Assembly: GCF_036365525.1 (NCBI RefSeq)
Contig: NC_090388.1
Span: forward strand, 31,037,518-31,101,517
DNA from: Heterodontus francisci
Taxonomy: Eukaryota
DNA length: 64,000 nt
Reading direction: 5' to 3'
Shown here: positions 34,927 through 49,900 of the stretch, piece by piece
Layout: each line of letters opens with the position of its first letter
How positions within the stretch are numbered: the first letter of the stretch is position 1
Translations under genes and position numbers: made by a program
Notes under the pieces: generated by a model
Told to the model about the DNA's origin: nothing
The model's input: only the letters and a program-made list of their open reading frames with translations
Database searches by the model: none

Positions 34927-37900
34927 GTAAAAGATAAAGGAATTTCATTTTGCAATACATTCAATGCCCGAGGCGTGAGCAATCCAGCAAAACCTTTAGT
35001 TTCCTTACTGGCTGAAGGGGTCCACACTTGTCGTGGAGTGAGTCTTGTGTATCACATGCTCAAGCAAAATACTGTGGATGCTGGAAATCGGAAATAGAAA
35101 TTGAAAATGCTGCAAATACTCAGCAGGCCCCCGAGGAGAGTTATCGTTTCATTTCTGTGACCTAAAGATGCTACCAGACCTGCTGACTGCCGAGTATTTC
35201 TAGCACTTTCTGTTTCTTTAACTGAATTTTTCACTTTTAATTACAATTGTAACAAAGAGCAAAGTAAATAGGTCATATAAATGAGATTAAGGTCAAAGCT
35301 GAAATATCAAACATTAAAAAGTATATTAAAATATGAATTTTATCGATGGAGAAATCCAACATTCTACAAACATAAGATTAATTTTTGAGGCACAGTGAGG
35401 CTGTTCAGCAGTAATGAATTATTAATGAATTATTCAAACTGATGTCAGGAAAGGGAAAAACCACATCATGGATTCGCTAGATCTTTGGGGGCAGCTTTCT
35501 TCAAGGTCAGTGGCCATTGAGGTATTCTCACAGATAGCAAACCAGGAAGTAAAATGCACTGATGCTCCTTAACTTTTAAATAAATTTTACAGAGTGAAAT
35601 GATTGGGACATCACGTGGGATTAAGGTAGAAGCTGAAACATCATAAAAGCTTTTAAAGAAAAGTATTTTAAAAATATGCATTTTTTAATGTAATGCAGAT
35701 ATTTGACATTCCACAGCTACAAAATTAGTTTTTCAGAGACTGTTCAGTAATTCTGAGCTTAGTATGCCTTTATAAACCCGGTTACACTTTATTCAATGGT
35801 GTGTAACCTTTTCAAGGGTTTTTACAGTGAGAAAATAGCGTAAAACGGTCAGTTCAGTGATTTCTACCTTATTGCATTGTCGGGGCACCTCAACAGCGCA
35901 CCTTCTGGCGAAGCGTAAAATCACTGACAGCAACTTCTGGATTTCCATGTTTAACCGTGCATGTGCGGACTTCAGATGTTGCTGATAGTTTCAAAGGAGT
36001 AATGATGATTGCTGACAATTTCGCCATCACTACTACTGCAAAAATTGTCAATTTAACTGGCTACCTACCTGATGATATTGTTGCTGGACACCTGAAAATC
36101 CCTTTGATTCAGAGGAGTAATGTTAGCCCAAACTGACCGTTCTGCCGTCAGTACCACTGCAAGATCTAGGCAATTGTATAGGAGCTAATAACTTCAAGCT
36201 AGTTACATCACTAAGACAAAAGCACAATGCTGGAAATCTGAAATAAAAACAGGAAATGCTAGAAACACGCAGCATCTGTGGAGAGCGAAACATTTAATGC
36301 TTCAGCTTAATGACTACTGTCTAGTGATGCAAAATGCTGAAGCTCCTTAATTGATGAAGATAATCACAAGTTAACTACAGAACAAGACTGAAACGCAAAT
36401 GGGGTTATGGTACATAGCAGAGACAATTAGAACAGAAAAAATGAAAACATAATGCAAGTGTTAAAACTTGGAGGAAGGGACACCCTTCATTCATTTCACC
36501 ATAGTGATTGTGCCCGTGAGTGAAGAAGATCGATTGACCTCTTAGTTCATCCCTCCAGAAAATGTACAATTTCCCTAATCACAGCAACATTTAAGACACT
36601 TTGATACTTGGGCTTAAGCGAGGTACCTCGGGTACTGCTTTAAATTTGCAATTTTTGATTTTGAATGATGATGGGAGCCGATAGTCTTCATTGTAAATAG
36701 CCCACTAGCTCTGCTCGGGTGGCATGTGAACCATGACCACTTTGGAAAGATATGGGATGGTTGCCAGTGCCCATAGGACTATACTTCAGCACGAGTCATT
36801 GACCTGGAATATCCTCCATGGGTGCAACCAGGAAGTTAGGCCTGAAAATGCATCCGTTCCTGTGCCCATTCTGCAGACGTCAAGTAACACTCAAATTTCC
36901 TCTGAGTTTCATTAGAATACGCCTGAATGTAAAATGGACAGAAATCGGCATAAATAATCAGGGCCCAATGAATGCACCAAATAAATATCTTTAAGTATGA
37001 AGACTAAAATTTCAACTCATTTAAACATCATTCGTGCATATTAGGCACAGCATGTTTAACAACCTGCAATCGGGGAATCTTTTCAGTTTTTAATGTGACT
37101 TATATGTGTGACATAAAAATGGATTTATAGAAACTGAAAATACAGTGTCAGTTTCAGTGAGGATACTGCTAATAAGAAACAGTCAAATGCATTCAATAAA
37201 ACACCAGAAAAATAACAGTTTCCTGCTTTGTCCAAAAACCTGATTGTAATTTGAAAGCCCCTAAGCAAGCGCAATTGCAGGAAACATGCTTAATAACTGT
37301 GCAACCTGGAGGTGGGGCTATTATGAGTGAAGAGATTGATTGACAATTAAGAATTATTGGACATTTTGTACTTGCTCATGTACCTCAAGCTCAAAATTTT
37401 GCATTCTTTTGGACTGCATACTGGATTAATGCCCAGATTGTATGTGTCTCTGGGCGCAAATTTGTAGGAAATTCCATACTAACATTTCCAGGAAAGAGGA
37501 AAAACTGGGTAGGGAAAAAATTCTTATCAAAGAAGTCTTATTTGGACCACTGTTAACAAGTAGTTGAATATGCCATATGATGAATCCTTTTTTTAAAAAC
37601 ACTTCTCATTTCCTCAATGCATTCTATTGATAAAGTGGTCATATGAGAACATCATCGGGTGGAAGTGTATTTAGCAGATGCATACCTACTTTTTAATGTA
37701 AACCTTTGAAAGTTACCAGTTAGACTTCACATATCTGTATTTATCTTTCTCCAGTTACAATCGAAGACCTTGTCTCCAATTTAACTTACAAGGTGTACGG
37801 ACAGTTTCATTTTACTGATCCTTGGTGGAAAGTGACTGCAAAGATTGTGTACAAACAGAAGAAATGGTATTTACAGTGGTATCCATCTTACAGTCTGAGG

Positions 37901-40900
37901 AGGCAGCTGGGCGATCAGAGAAAGGAAATTTTCAGCCTGTTCCTAACAGCATGTGGCGTCCATGAGCAACATATACAATTCTTTATTGATTCTTTGTCGG
38001 AGAATAGTAACCTTGAGTTTTCAAACTTATTGATGACTTTACAATGGATTGCAATTGAGAAGAAGGATACGGAAGAAAAAGGTTTTGCAGAAAGCATTAT
38101 TAAAGCCATAAGCTGTTCGGGTAAGCTTAGGTATTTCTTTTTGGATTATAGGTTTTGCTCCTTTATTGAAAGTTTGTATATGATCATTAATGATCAGTAG
38201 CATAAGATATCTTTGATCAGCAGCTGCAAGAGTAAGGTAAAAGGAAATGAAAGTTGCTGTAATTTGTCCTATTAAATTGCAACGGAAGTAAATCTGTCAC
38301 ATTACATCAGATGTGAATATAGAAAGAAATATTGATCTTTGGGCTCTTTTAGAAAAGTTGTACAAAAGCTTATTGCAAGAAGTTGAAGAATGACAAAGTA
38401 AATATTTGCGTAAAGTTACAGGCTATTTCAGCAATGACAGAACCATCAGATGTATTGTGAAAGTAAAATGAACGCTTGGAAAATGAAGCATTTTGAAGAC
38501 CAATATTCCAAATTCACTAAACAGTCTCTTTTAATTAATACTCATTAATGCAGATTTTCAGAAGTCCACAGTTTTCCCAATAAATCAGTTCCAGTGGCAG
38601 CAATTATAATTTCCATTTGCTCTCTTTTTACCCAAAGTAAAGATGTCATTATTTAAATCCTGTTTTGTATGGTTTGAGTGACTTTATCTTAGCTATTTGA
38701 TTCACAAATTTAAATTAGAATGATTGATGTATAGTGTACAATATCTCCCTGCAGTGTTCAGAAATCACCCTGTAGGAGGCTTACAGTCTTAATGAGTCAG
38801 TTCATGAATATCTAATAATACAAACTACTATTAGAACATTTTTTTTAAATCTGTCTAATGTGGATAGTAACTAGATCCGAACTGAATGTATCTTTCATGA
38901 TCCTGTATGCTGAACAGCTATGTAAGTTCAAAAGGAGGAAATAATAGAATTCATATTTAGAGTCATGGAGTTATACAGCATGGAAACAGGTCCTTCGGCC
39001 CATCGTGTCCATGCCGGCCATCAAACACCTATCTATTCTAATCCCATTTTCTAGCACTTGGCCCGTAGCCTTGTATGCTATGGCGTTTCAAGTGCTTATC
39101 TAAATACTACTTAAGTGTTTCTGTCTAATGAGTGTGAAGCGAGGCTTTTATTGCTATCTTACATATGGATTATTTTTATAGCATTAATGTTTCAGATTAC
39201 AACCAAAAAAAATTGAGCTGGAAACAGTGGGGATAGATCATTTTTATTTCGCAGGCATTTATAAAATGATTTAAAAATTGGAATCGTAAACCCCTAAAGT
39301 GCATCTTCTTCAAGTTGACACAGTGTGGCTTATTAGTAGTTGATGGGTTGTATGATATGCTACTCTATTTCTATTCAATGAAGATGTCATTATTTAGTCT
39401 TACTATAAAATCTCAAGTAGCGTTAGTCTTGTTTCATACAAAAGCACAGCTCCTGTCAACCAGTCCAATGTTTCCTAATGTCACTTGTGTAGAACACACA
39501 GTTTCTTTGCTGAAGAGGCAATTGGATAGTAAAAGGTAGTGCAAAGGATTCTTTTAAAGGAGAGGCTATTAGAATGTAAGTAACAAAGTGTAGGCGTATG
39601 TTAGAACGTTAGTTGTAATTTTAAATTTCAAGTGTATAAGAAAACCAGGAAACTGAACTTGTGGAATTTTACAGGCTAGGTACTGTAATTTTTTTTTCCC
39701 AACATTAAAGTAATTTTTGCCATCTTCACTCTCTCCACAGTCACCTAGCCTCGTGGGTAAATTCATGGTGTGGTGTGACACCAAACACTCTGGCTCAGGT
39801 TTAATCTCTGCTTTGTGCTCGGTTAGACAATTTCAGCCAGGATGCAAGGAGAGTTAAAACATAAGAACATTGGAGCAGAAGTAGGTGATTCAGCCCGTTG
39901 AGCATGCTCCGCCATTTAATTAGATCATGGTTGATCATCTACCTCAATGCCACTTTCCTGTGCTATCCCCATATCCCTTGATATCATTAGTATCCAGATA
40001 TCTATCGGTTTCTGTTTTGAACATGCTCAATGATTGAGTTTCCACAGCCCTCTGGGGTAAAGAATTCCAAATATTCACCACCCTCTGAGTGAAGAAATTC
40101 CTCCTCATCTCAGTCTTAAATGGCCTGCTCCTTATTCTGAGACTATGTCCCTTGGTTCTAGACTCACCAGGTAGAGGAAACATCCTATTTACATCTATCC
40201 TGTCATGCCCTGTAAAAACGTTGTAAATTTCAATGAAATCACTTCTCATTCTTCAAAACTCTACAATCTCTCCTCATAAGACAATCCTGCCATCCCAGGG
40301 GTTAGTCTGGTGAACCGCTGTTCCACTCCATCTAAGTCATCCTTCTTTAGATGAGGGTTGCTATTGGTCTCAGCATCCCTGGGATGGAGAGGAGAAAATA
40401 ATCAGGAATCCAATTCATAGTTATTGTCTAGTACTCCCTGCCGGAATTACATGTTTTAAAATCCTGGTTGAAGCCATAATGATGAGAAACGTTTTTGTTT
40501 ACATCAGCCATTATCTCATAGAATGGTAGAAGAGGCTTGAGGGACTGAATGGCCTACTCCTATTCTTATGTTCCGAGAGGGTTTTGAGGCTGTGGAATGC
40601 ACTACCAAAGACCATAACATTTAAGATTAGATTTGTGTGTTGAAGGAAAAGGTAATAAAGAAATTTGGGAACTGAATGGTCATTGCTTGTGTGGAAGATA
40701 ACAGCAACTTGCATATATACAGTGATTTTAACATAGAAAAATATTCGAGGGCGCTTCACAGAAGTGTAATCAGAAAAAGAAAGTTATTTTAGAAATGGAC
40801 TAGGGCAATCCTTAAAGGAATTATCCTGTTAGTGTTAATCTGAGTGTTAAATGGATGCATGTGTATAAGTATCTGTACAAAATACTGCATAAGATTCAAG

Positions 40901-43900
40901 TTATTAATTGTCCAGTAATTTAGTTGAAGGTCAATATGTGCAGCTTGCTTTGAAGTTCCGAAATCTGATGGCGTATCTGCCAAAACTTTTGCCACGGCAC
41001 TTTTTGCATATTTTGACGCCGAAGGAGGAAAAGAATATGAAAGAAAATGAAAGAGAACCCCTCGCCCTCTGTACTCTGGAGCAGCTGGATCAAATGATTG
41101 AGACAGAAGTGTGGAAGCTAGGATTCAGGCTTGTAAGTTATTCTGTGAGCACAATTGTCAATATGAAGATATCCTGATTATGCTGTTGATTTTTGTGTAT
41201 ATGCATTTAAACATTATACTGCATGCAGTTGTTTTTCATCTGGAGTTGCTTTCTGAGGGAGAGCATGGCTATCCGACCCTAACCCGACGGGACCCGACGA
41301 CATGTTTCAGGGTCGGGTTGGGTTGCTCTTCCGGGTCCGGCATTAGGGCTCGGGTTGGGCCGGGTCGGACACAGTGGCAGTGCTGCCTTTTGGTCAGGGA
41401 GGGAAAGCGAAGTTAAGAGTAAGCATGATTAATTTCCAGCAGTTGAGTCGGGCCAGGTCGGGCACGGAAAAAAAAAACAAAGGATTCAGGCCTGGGTCAG
41501 GTTCGGGTTAGATGTGGTCGGGTTGGGCCCGGGTCATGTTTAAATTGTATCCTCAAGCAGGCCTTTATTTTGAGGTATAATTTTATCGACTTCATTACGA
41601 TGTTATTTGGCTTCAAGATTGTGAGGCTGTAACCTGGCGGGAGGGAAATATTTTCCGCTCTCTCTTCATTTTATTTATGCTTGTTATTCATCTCAGATCA
41701 GTAGCCAGCTATTTTAATATTGATGTAATAACTTGAACCTGTGTGATATCAATAAACATTTGAAAATAGGACTTGCAGAAAATTAATAATGACAATAGAC
41801 AGCAACAAAAATATCGACCATACAATGAGAAAAATCTATGAAAGTAGAAGTGGGGAGAGGAAATAAGTGTGACAGAGAGAGAAATACAGCAAGAATTAGA
41901 GATTGGCAAACAAAAGAATCAATTATAGGAAACAATGCCATTGGAGTTCAGCTTGAATTCCTAAATATTGGAAAATGTTACACCGCAGTGGTTAGCACCG
42001 CAGCCGCACAGCTTGAGTGACCCGGGTTCAGTTCTGGATACTGCCTGTGCGGAGTTTGCAAGTTCTCTCTGTGACTGCATGGGTTTCCGCCGGGTGCTCC
42101 GGTTTCCTCCCACAGCCAAAGACTTGCAGGTTGATAGGGAAATTGGCCGTTGTAAATTGCCCCTAGTGTAGGTAGGTGGTAGGAAAATGGTGGGGACGTG
42201 GTAGGGAATATGGGATCAATGTAGGATTAGTATAAATGGGTGGTTGTTGGTCGGCACAGACTCGGTGGGCCGAAGGGCCTGTTCCAGTGCTGTATCTCTA
42301 AATAAATCAATAAATTATTAAGTCTTTTATCTGAGACTAAACAATATGGCAGGACGTGACAAGTGGAGTCCCGCAGGGGTCTGTGCTTGGGCCTCAACTT
42401 TTTACAATTTAAATCAATGATTTAGATGAGGGGAGTGATGTTATGGTAGTTAAATTTGCAGATGACACAAAGATAGGTAAGAAAGTATGTTGTGACGATG
42501 ACATAAGGAGCTTGCAGACTAATATAAATAGGTTGAGTGAGTGGGCAAAAATCTGGCAGATGGAGTTTAATGTGGGAAAATGTGAAGTTGTTCAATTTGG
42601 CAGGAAGAATCAAAAAGCAGAGTATTACTTAAACAGAGAGCGACTGCAGAATTCCAAGGTGCGGAGGGATCTAGGTGTTCTAGTGCAGGAGTCACAAAAG
42701 TTAGTATGTAGTTATAGCAGTTAATAAAGAAGGCTGATGGAATGCTATCTTTTATAACGAGGGGAATTGAAAATAAAAGTAAGGATGTTATGCTTCAGTT
42801 ATACAGGGCATTGGTGAGACCACATCTCGAATACTGTGTGCAGTTTTGGTCTCCTTATTTAAGGATGTAAATGCATTGGAAGCAGTTCAGAGGAGGTTTA
42901 CTAGATTGATGCCTGGAATTAGTGCATTGTCTTATGAGGAAAGGCTGGACAGATCAGGCTTGTTTTCACTGGAGTTTAGAAGAGTGAGGTAAAGGCCGGC
43001 TACCCAACCCGAACCCAACGGGACCCGACGACATGTGTCAGGTTTGGTTTGGGTCGGGTCGCACTTCTGGGTCCGGCATTTGGGCTCGGGTCGGGTCAGA
43101 CACGCTCTATCATAACCTCAGGTAAGTGGCTCCAATGTTAATTTACTTTTTGGGCTTGAAAGGTGATTTTGTTACAGTTAATTTAAGCTTGTGCAGATAA
43201 GCAACAAAGTGAAAAACGGAAGGCAGGTTAACTGAAGGTTGGGTTGGGCGCGGGAAAAAATGGAAGGACTCGGGGTCGGGGTTGGATGTGGTTCTGTCGG
43301 GCTCGGGTCGGGTTTCATTTGCTGACCTGAACAGGTCTTTAGAGTGAGGGGAGACTTGTTTGAAGTTTATAAGATCCTGAACGGTCTTGACAAGGTGGAT
43401 ATGGAAAGGATGTTTCCTCTTGTGGGTGAGTCCAGAACTAGGGGGCACTGTTTTAAAATTAAGGGTCTCCCTTTTAGGACAGAGATGAGGTGAAATTATT
43501 TCTCTCAGGGTTGTGTGTGACTTTGGAACTCTGCCTCAGAAGATGGTGGAGGCAGGGTCATTGAATATTTTTAAGGCGGAGCTTGATACTTTCTTGTCAA
43601 GGGGTATCGGGGGTAGATGGAAGTGTGGAATTCGAAACACAAACAGATCAACCATGATCTTACTGAATGGCGGAAGGGGCCAAATGGCCTACCTCTGCTC
43701 CTAATGCTTATGTTCGTACGTATAGATATGATTAAAGACTAGCTTAAGGTGCAGCTGTTCTCATATTAAATGCTTAGTTCAAGAATGATTTCTGAAAGAC
43801 ATTGCTTACTTTTTGATAGATTCTCTTAAAGGAGCTCACACTTACTGGTTGTGAGGCATCCTTGATGGCCTTTGAGGAAGCTGATCTACTGAGGACAATT

Positions 43901-46900
43901 CCAGAGTTACAAAAGCATGCTTTGGTCATTTATGATAAACTCAAACAAACTTGCTGGAGTAAGGGACACACCTATGTTAATGTTGATGAGCTGACTGAAT
44001 TACGTCCATCTGAGTTCAGTGTTGAAAGTGCATGGGAATCTCTAAAATTTTTAAAGGACTACAAGATTATCGTAATAGAAAACAAGCGAGTGTATCTCAC
44101 ACATTTCTACAACTGTGAGAAAGAAATTGCGTCTTGTATAGCGGAACTTGTGGAGAAACCTCCATGGCGCATTTCTGTGGAGGAAGTTCTGAGAAAAGCC
44201 AGCACTCCAATTCCGAAGGAAAGATTATCTGAGTATACAGAGCACAGTGAAGGTGTTGATTTGGACCCAGATCAGTTGAAAGCTGCTGCCATGATGTGTG
44301 TAAATCCTGTTACGGTCATTAGTGGTAAAGGCGGCTGTGGAAAGACCACGCTTGTCAGCCTTATCTTCAAGGCAGTAGTTGAAAATATGGAGAGTGCGGA
44401 AAATGAGGAACTGTTGCAAGCATGTCGAGATCTTGAGCGGGATCAGTCGGCTCCTGAAAGTTGGGATATTCCAGCAGGTAAAGCTTCCAAAGTTGCCTCT
44501 GTTGAAAAAGGTGAAGTCAGAAAAGCATCTGTGCTGTTCACTGCACCAACTGGAAAAGCAGCATCTCTTTTAAAGAAAAAAACTGGATTTGGTGCTTATA
44601 CTTTACACCAGGTAATTAGGATACAGTTATAGATAGTTCAAATCTTTTCTTTGTGTTTTAGCATGAAGTGAACAGATGACCTTTCAGAGGATTCCTAAAG
44701 CACTTTTCCTGTTATCGTGTTGGAGGCTAAATTTTTTAAAAGGAATATATTACTCCAGGCACTATGTAAAAGTCAATGATTTGTTGATCAGTTTCTCCAA
44801 CATTTTTCAAAAATAACTAAAGTATATTAATAATGTCGATTTTCAGATTTGGCATTAGGCAATATATTAAGACTAATCAACTTTGGTTACTCTGGCTGAT
44901 TTTACAGAATCAACTTAATTTATGCAGTAGGGTTGAGAAATTGCATGTAAGTCGCCTTTACAGGTTGCTGACATGGCGTGCTGGAATCTATTTGCATATG
45001 GGGATAAAAATCTTGCTTGTAATTACAATGGCTGCTAACATTTTTAATGTATATTTTAACTTCGGCAAAGGTGGCTTGGGTGAAAAGAAATGGCTGGCAA
45101 AGCCCTGTGGCTGACAAGAAATTCAGATGATGGCTAAGTGATGAAATGGGGCATTATTCCAACCCCTGCTTGATGGCTGGAAAAGTGGAAATGGTGAAGA
45201 ATGAGGTGATAGCAAGGAAGGTTTGCCGCTAGTAATCCAGATGCCTACAATAATGCTCTGGGGACATGGGTTCAAATCCCACCTTGGCAGGTGGTGAAAT
45301 TTGAATTAATTTAATAAATCTGTAATTTAAAGCTATTCTAATGGTGACCATGAAACCATTGTCGATTGTTGTAAAAATCCATCTGGTTTTAGGCCCTTTA
45401 GGGAAGGAAATCTGCCGTCCTTACCTGGTCTCGCCAACATGTCGCTCCAGACCCACAGCAATGTGGTAGACTCTTAAACCTCAGAAATAGCCTCACAGGC
45501 CACTCAGTATTAAACTGCTACAAAGTGTAAGAAAAGGCATGAAACTGGATGGACCACCTGGCATTGACCTAGGCACTGGAAACGACAACGGCAAACCCAG
45601 CCCTGTCAACCCTGCAAGGTCCTCCTTACTAACATCTGGGAGCTTGTGCCAAAATTGGGAGAGCTGTCCCACAGACTAGTCAGGCAATAGCCTGACATAG
45701 TCATACTCATGGAATCATACTTTACAGACATCAAGGCAGCATTTGACCGATTATGCCATCAAGGAGCCCTAGCAAAATTGAAGTCCATGGGAATCGGGGG
45801 GGAAAACTCTCCAGTGGTTGGAGTCATACATAGCACAAAGGAAGATGGTTGTGTTTGTTGGAGGTCAATCATCTCAGTTCCAGGACATCACTGCAGGAGT
45901 TCCTCAGGGTATTGTTCTAGGCCCAACCATCTTCAGCTGCTTCATCAATGACCCTCCCTCCGCCATAAAGTTAGAAGTGGGGATGTTTGCTGATGATTAT
46001 GCAATGTTCAGCACCATTCACGACTCCTCACATACTGACGCAGCCCATGTCCATATGCAGCAAGACCTGTACAACATCCAGGCTTGGGCTGATTAGTGGC
46101 AAGTAGGATTTGTGCCACACAAGTGCAAGGCAGTGACCATCTCAAACAAGAGAGAATCTAACCATCTCTCCTTGATGTTAAATGAAATTACCATCACTGA
46201 ATCCCCCACTATCACCATTCTGGGGGCAGGGAGGGGGGGGGGTCACCATTGACCAGAAACTGAACTGGACGAGTCATATAAATGCTGTGGCTACAAGAGC
46301 AGGTCAGAGGCTGGGAATTCTGTGGCGAGTAACTCATCTCCTGTCTCCCCAATGTGTGTCCGCCATCTGCAAGTCATAAGTCAGGAATGTGATGGAATAC
46401 TCTCCACTTGCCTGGGTGGGTGCAGCTCCAACAACACTCAAGAAGCTCGACACCATCCAGGACAAAGCAACCCGCTTGATTGGCACCCCATGCACAAACA
46501 TTCATTCCCTCCACCACCGACGCTCAGTAGCAGCAGTGTGTACCATTTACAAGATGCGCTGCAGCAGCTCACTTAGGCAACTCAGGCATCACCTTCCAAA
46601 CCCACGATCTCTACCACCTAGAAGGACAAGGGCAGCAGATACATGGGAACACCACTGCCTGCAAGTTCCCCTCCAAGCCACACACTATCCTGACTTGGAA
46701 CTATATCACTGTTCCTTCAGTGTCGCTGGGTCAAATCCTGGAATTCCCTTCCTAACAGCACTGTGGGTGTACCTACCCCACATGGACTGTAGCAGTTCAA
46801 GAAGGCAGCTCACCACCACCTTCTGGAGGGCAATTAGGAACGGGCAATAAATGCTGGCCTAGCCAGTGAAGCCCACATCCCATGAAACGAATATAAAAAA

Positions 46901-49900
46901 AAAATTCTTGTCCAAAATCTGTTTCACTATACTGTTGAAAAGTTTGTTTGGTTGTAGGCTGGAGAGGAACCATTCAAACTCAAACAATGTTGTGTGATTA
47001 GTTCAGTTTTATACCTGACTGGTAATTCCTTTTTAAATTTTTTTTTAAAGTGGTTTGATATCCCAAATATAAGACCCGCTCTTCTGAGATATGAAAAGAG
47101 CAGTTCTGTTTAAATTAAAGTATTAATTTGAGACAGTCTCAGCAAAAGAACTGGTCAGTTTGAAACTGTCAAGCAATCATTTAAATTTAGAGGGGTTGAG
47201 GGGCAGTGGGGAAGAAATTAATCGCCAGTATTTTGCAAAACTGTTGGCGTTCATTACTCCTCTGAAACTGAAATCCTCAGGAGTCCGGACATGCACAGTT
47301 AAAAATGGAAATCCAGAGGCTGCTGTCAGTGATTTCACGCTTCCCAATATTGTGCACTGTTGGAAGTTCCCCCAAATTGGAATCATTAGAAATTACTGAA
47401 CTGACCAGAACATTTCCTGTTATTATTAGTTTTGCTGTAAAAACCCTTGAAGTTGCACCTTGGTGAATGAAGTATAACTGGGTTTTTAACTAAGTGCCAA
47501 CCAGGTCAACTGACCAATCGAGCTTCACAATTGCTCTCTCTCTTCTTTAGATATGACTTCTTTCTATGAGGACGTAGTACGATCAACTGGGATGGGAGGA
47601 GTAACACTCTCTAAATAGGATTATTAATTTAAAATTATTCCAGACCTATTCTGCTTAATATCTAAACCAATATATTAAAAGCCCTATAAGTCTGATTCCC
47701 AATTTTAAATTCTACTTTAATCTTAGCAACACATTTCTCAAATTTCGCAGTACCACCCCATAAGAAATCATCACCCTGAATTATGAAGATGCCTGAAAAG
47801 TTTCCTTTATGATACTGATTAAAAAAATTGCGGGATCGGCTTTTAGTTGAACACAACCTATTTTCAGCAAAACAGATCTCTCTGAAAAATACCACACCCT
47901 GGAAGTATCATTCAGGCCATGGATGCTTTTGTTTAGTTTCCATACTTTCCCTCTGCATCTGTTACCTATTTCGGAGGTTTCAGAAACATGTCTCTCTGAA
48001 AAGTATTGCCCTGCAGAAATGTGGTTTTAAAGTCAATTGAATGACACATTCATATTCATGTGACCAAAAGAGGTGTGGGAGAGTCCACTTTAACCTCTGT
48101 ATCACCCTTTCGGTCCTCCAATTCCCTCACAGCTAGCCTCGCTTTAGCCTTTTAAGTCCAATCTACAAGAACCTTTTCAGTACAAATCCACCTATGTGAC
48201 AAAGCTGGTTGCCTTGTCTAGTACTTCAGAATAAACTCCAAATACTGTCGAACTATCTAATTCCCTTTGTTTTGCCTTTCCTATTAGATTATCCTCAAGT
48301 TTATTGGCAGCCACCAAAACTTCATGATCATGAGGACTTCTTCTAGTTCTGTCCTGAGACTGTTATGTGGCTTTTATTTCATTGTCTAATCTATCCAAGT
48401 TTCGACCTTACTTGCATTTTTATGTTTTTCTGGACCACTACTGCGAGGTCTTCCACTTGCATGATTGCAGGGTCTTTCTCTGGTACATCGTTTTCTGATG
48501 CAAGAGTCAGTTCTGGACCCACTATCAATACATGCACTGTGCTTTCTTATTCTCCATTCTTTCACCCCATTCTGCCAGTCCATGGACCTCGCTTCTTGGC
48601 CGTCATCCTGAACATCCAACCAATATTTAAACTTGGCAGTAATAAAAATAGAAAGTGCTGTAAATACTCAACAGGTTTGGCAGCATCTGTGGAGAGGGAA
48701 GCACAGTTAATGTTTCAGGTCTGTGACCTTTTAAACTTGGCAGTATATTTTCCTGCACATCCCATAATTGTCACATCCTTCCATTCATTAGACTCCTCTG
48801 GAATATATACCATTCCTTTACCCACGCTGGGCAATTGGCCTTTGGCTGTGATAGCTCTGTCGTGTGTCATGATCATTGATATTACCATGATCACTCATTA
48901 CCCTTGAACCCTTGATCTACCATATTCTGTTCCTCAGGACCTTCATCACAATACACATGAGCATTTGAGGGATAAGTTGCCTCATTTACTTCTATCAACT
49001 GCTCAGAGTCTGAGATTTTGGAATTAATTCTGATTAAACATGAGGAATGAACCTTAACAGTTTGATAAGTACTGTAATACCATCATAACCTATTACCTTA
49101 CCAGGGCCTTTCCATTCCCTATGACTTTTTTATAATAACACCAAATATCCTGAATTAAATTCTCTCAGATGGTCTTATACGATGCCTCAGTGGTGTCCGA
49201 ATTTTCTCTGAGACCTCAGCCTTGATGAAAGCCTGTCTCCCTACATGTAAAACATTTATTTACAGAGTTACACATTACAAGCTTGCGCCTCCTAACCCCA
49301 GTTTCAGTCTGTGTTTATCTATAATCAAAGATTATCGTGGGTAGATGGGAGTGTGGAATTCGAGACAGAAGCAGATCAGCCATGATATTATTGAATGGTG
49401 GAGCAGGCTCGATGGGCTGAATGGCCTACTTCTGCTCCTAACTCGTATGATATAGGGACACAGAATCCCCAGTTAGTTCCCACCCCCTGCATGTAATTAA
49501 ACACAATTAATATTGTTCAAACTGTTTATCCTGCTTGATGACATTATTGTTGCTGGATGTCTTGAGATCGCCTTGATGGTGCCAGATTCAAACTAATGTT
49601 GGGAAAGGGAAGTCTAATCTTTGTGGGCAGCTTTCTTAAGGTCAGTGGTGAGCTTCTTCACTTCACGGCTGCCCGCAAAATCTGGGCTTATTGTTAGACC
49701 GACTGCTCCAGTCAAAGCCCTCAATCAAAATATGCGATTCTGATTGTGGTAGGAGAAACGCACTGAAAATTCAATGCCATCCCTCCACAGATCTCCTAAT
49801 ATATCATTTTAAACTTGCCAAATTATACTACCCATTAACCCCTGAATGAGGCTAACCAACCCAGGTGTCTTTAAATCAACAAATTAACTGTTTAAGAATT

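Noticed and set aside
40911-40923. Alternative acceptor TCCAG at 40915 for HELB exon 3
   Set aside because: Gives an immediate in-frame TAG; the acceptor at 40923 keeps the frame.
41270-43320. Short reiterated GGGTC/CCCGA motifs as a CRISPR-like array
   Set aside because: No fixed repeat-spacer periodicity; they are subterminal repeats of a MITE in eukaryotic DNA.
43862-44632. Bacterial or phage RecD2-like helicase / horizontal transfer
   Set aside because: It is one exon of a spliced vertebrate HELB with canonical introns and the expected neighbour TMBIM4.
48365-48907. 180-aa ORF in a HELB intron
   Set aside because: Runs across degraded repeat fragments, including a Penelope-like terminus; no coherent domain.
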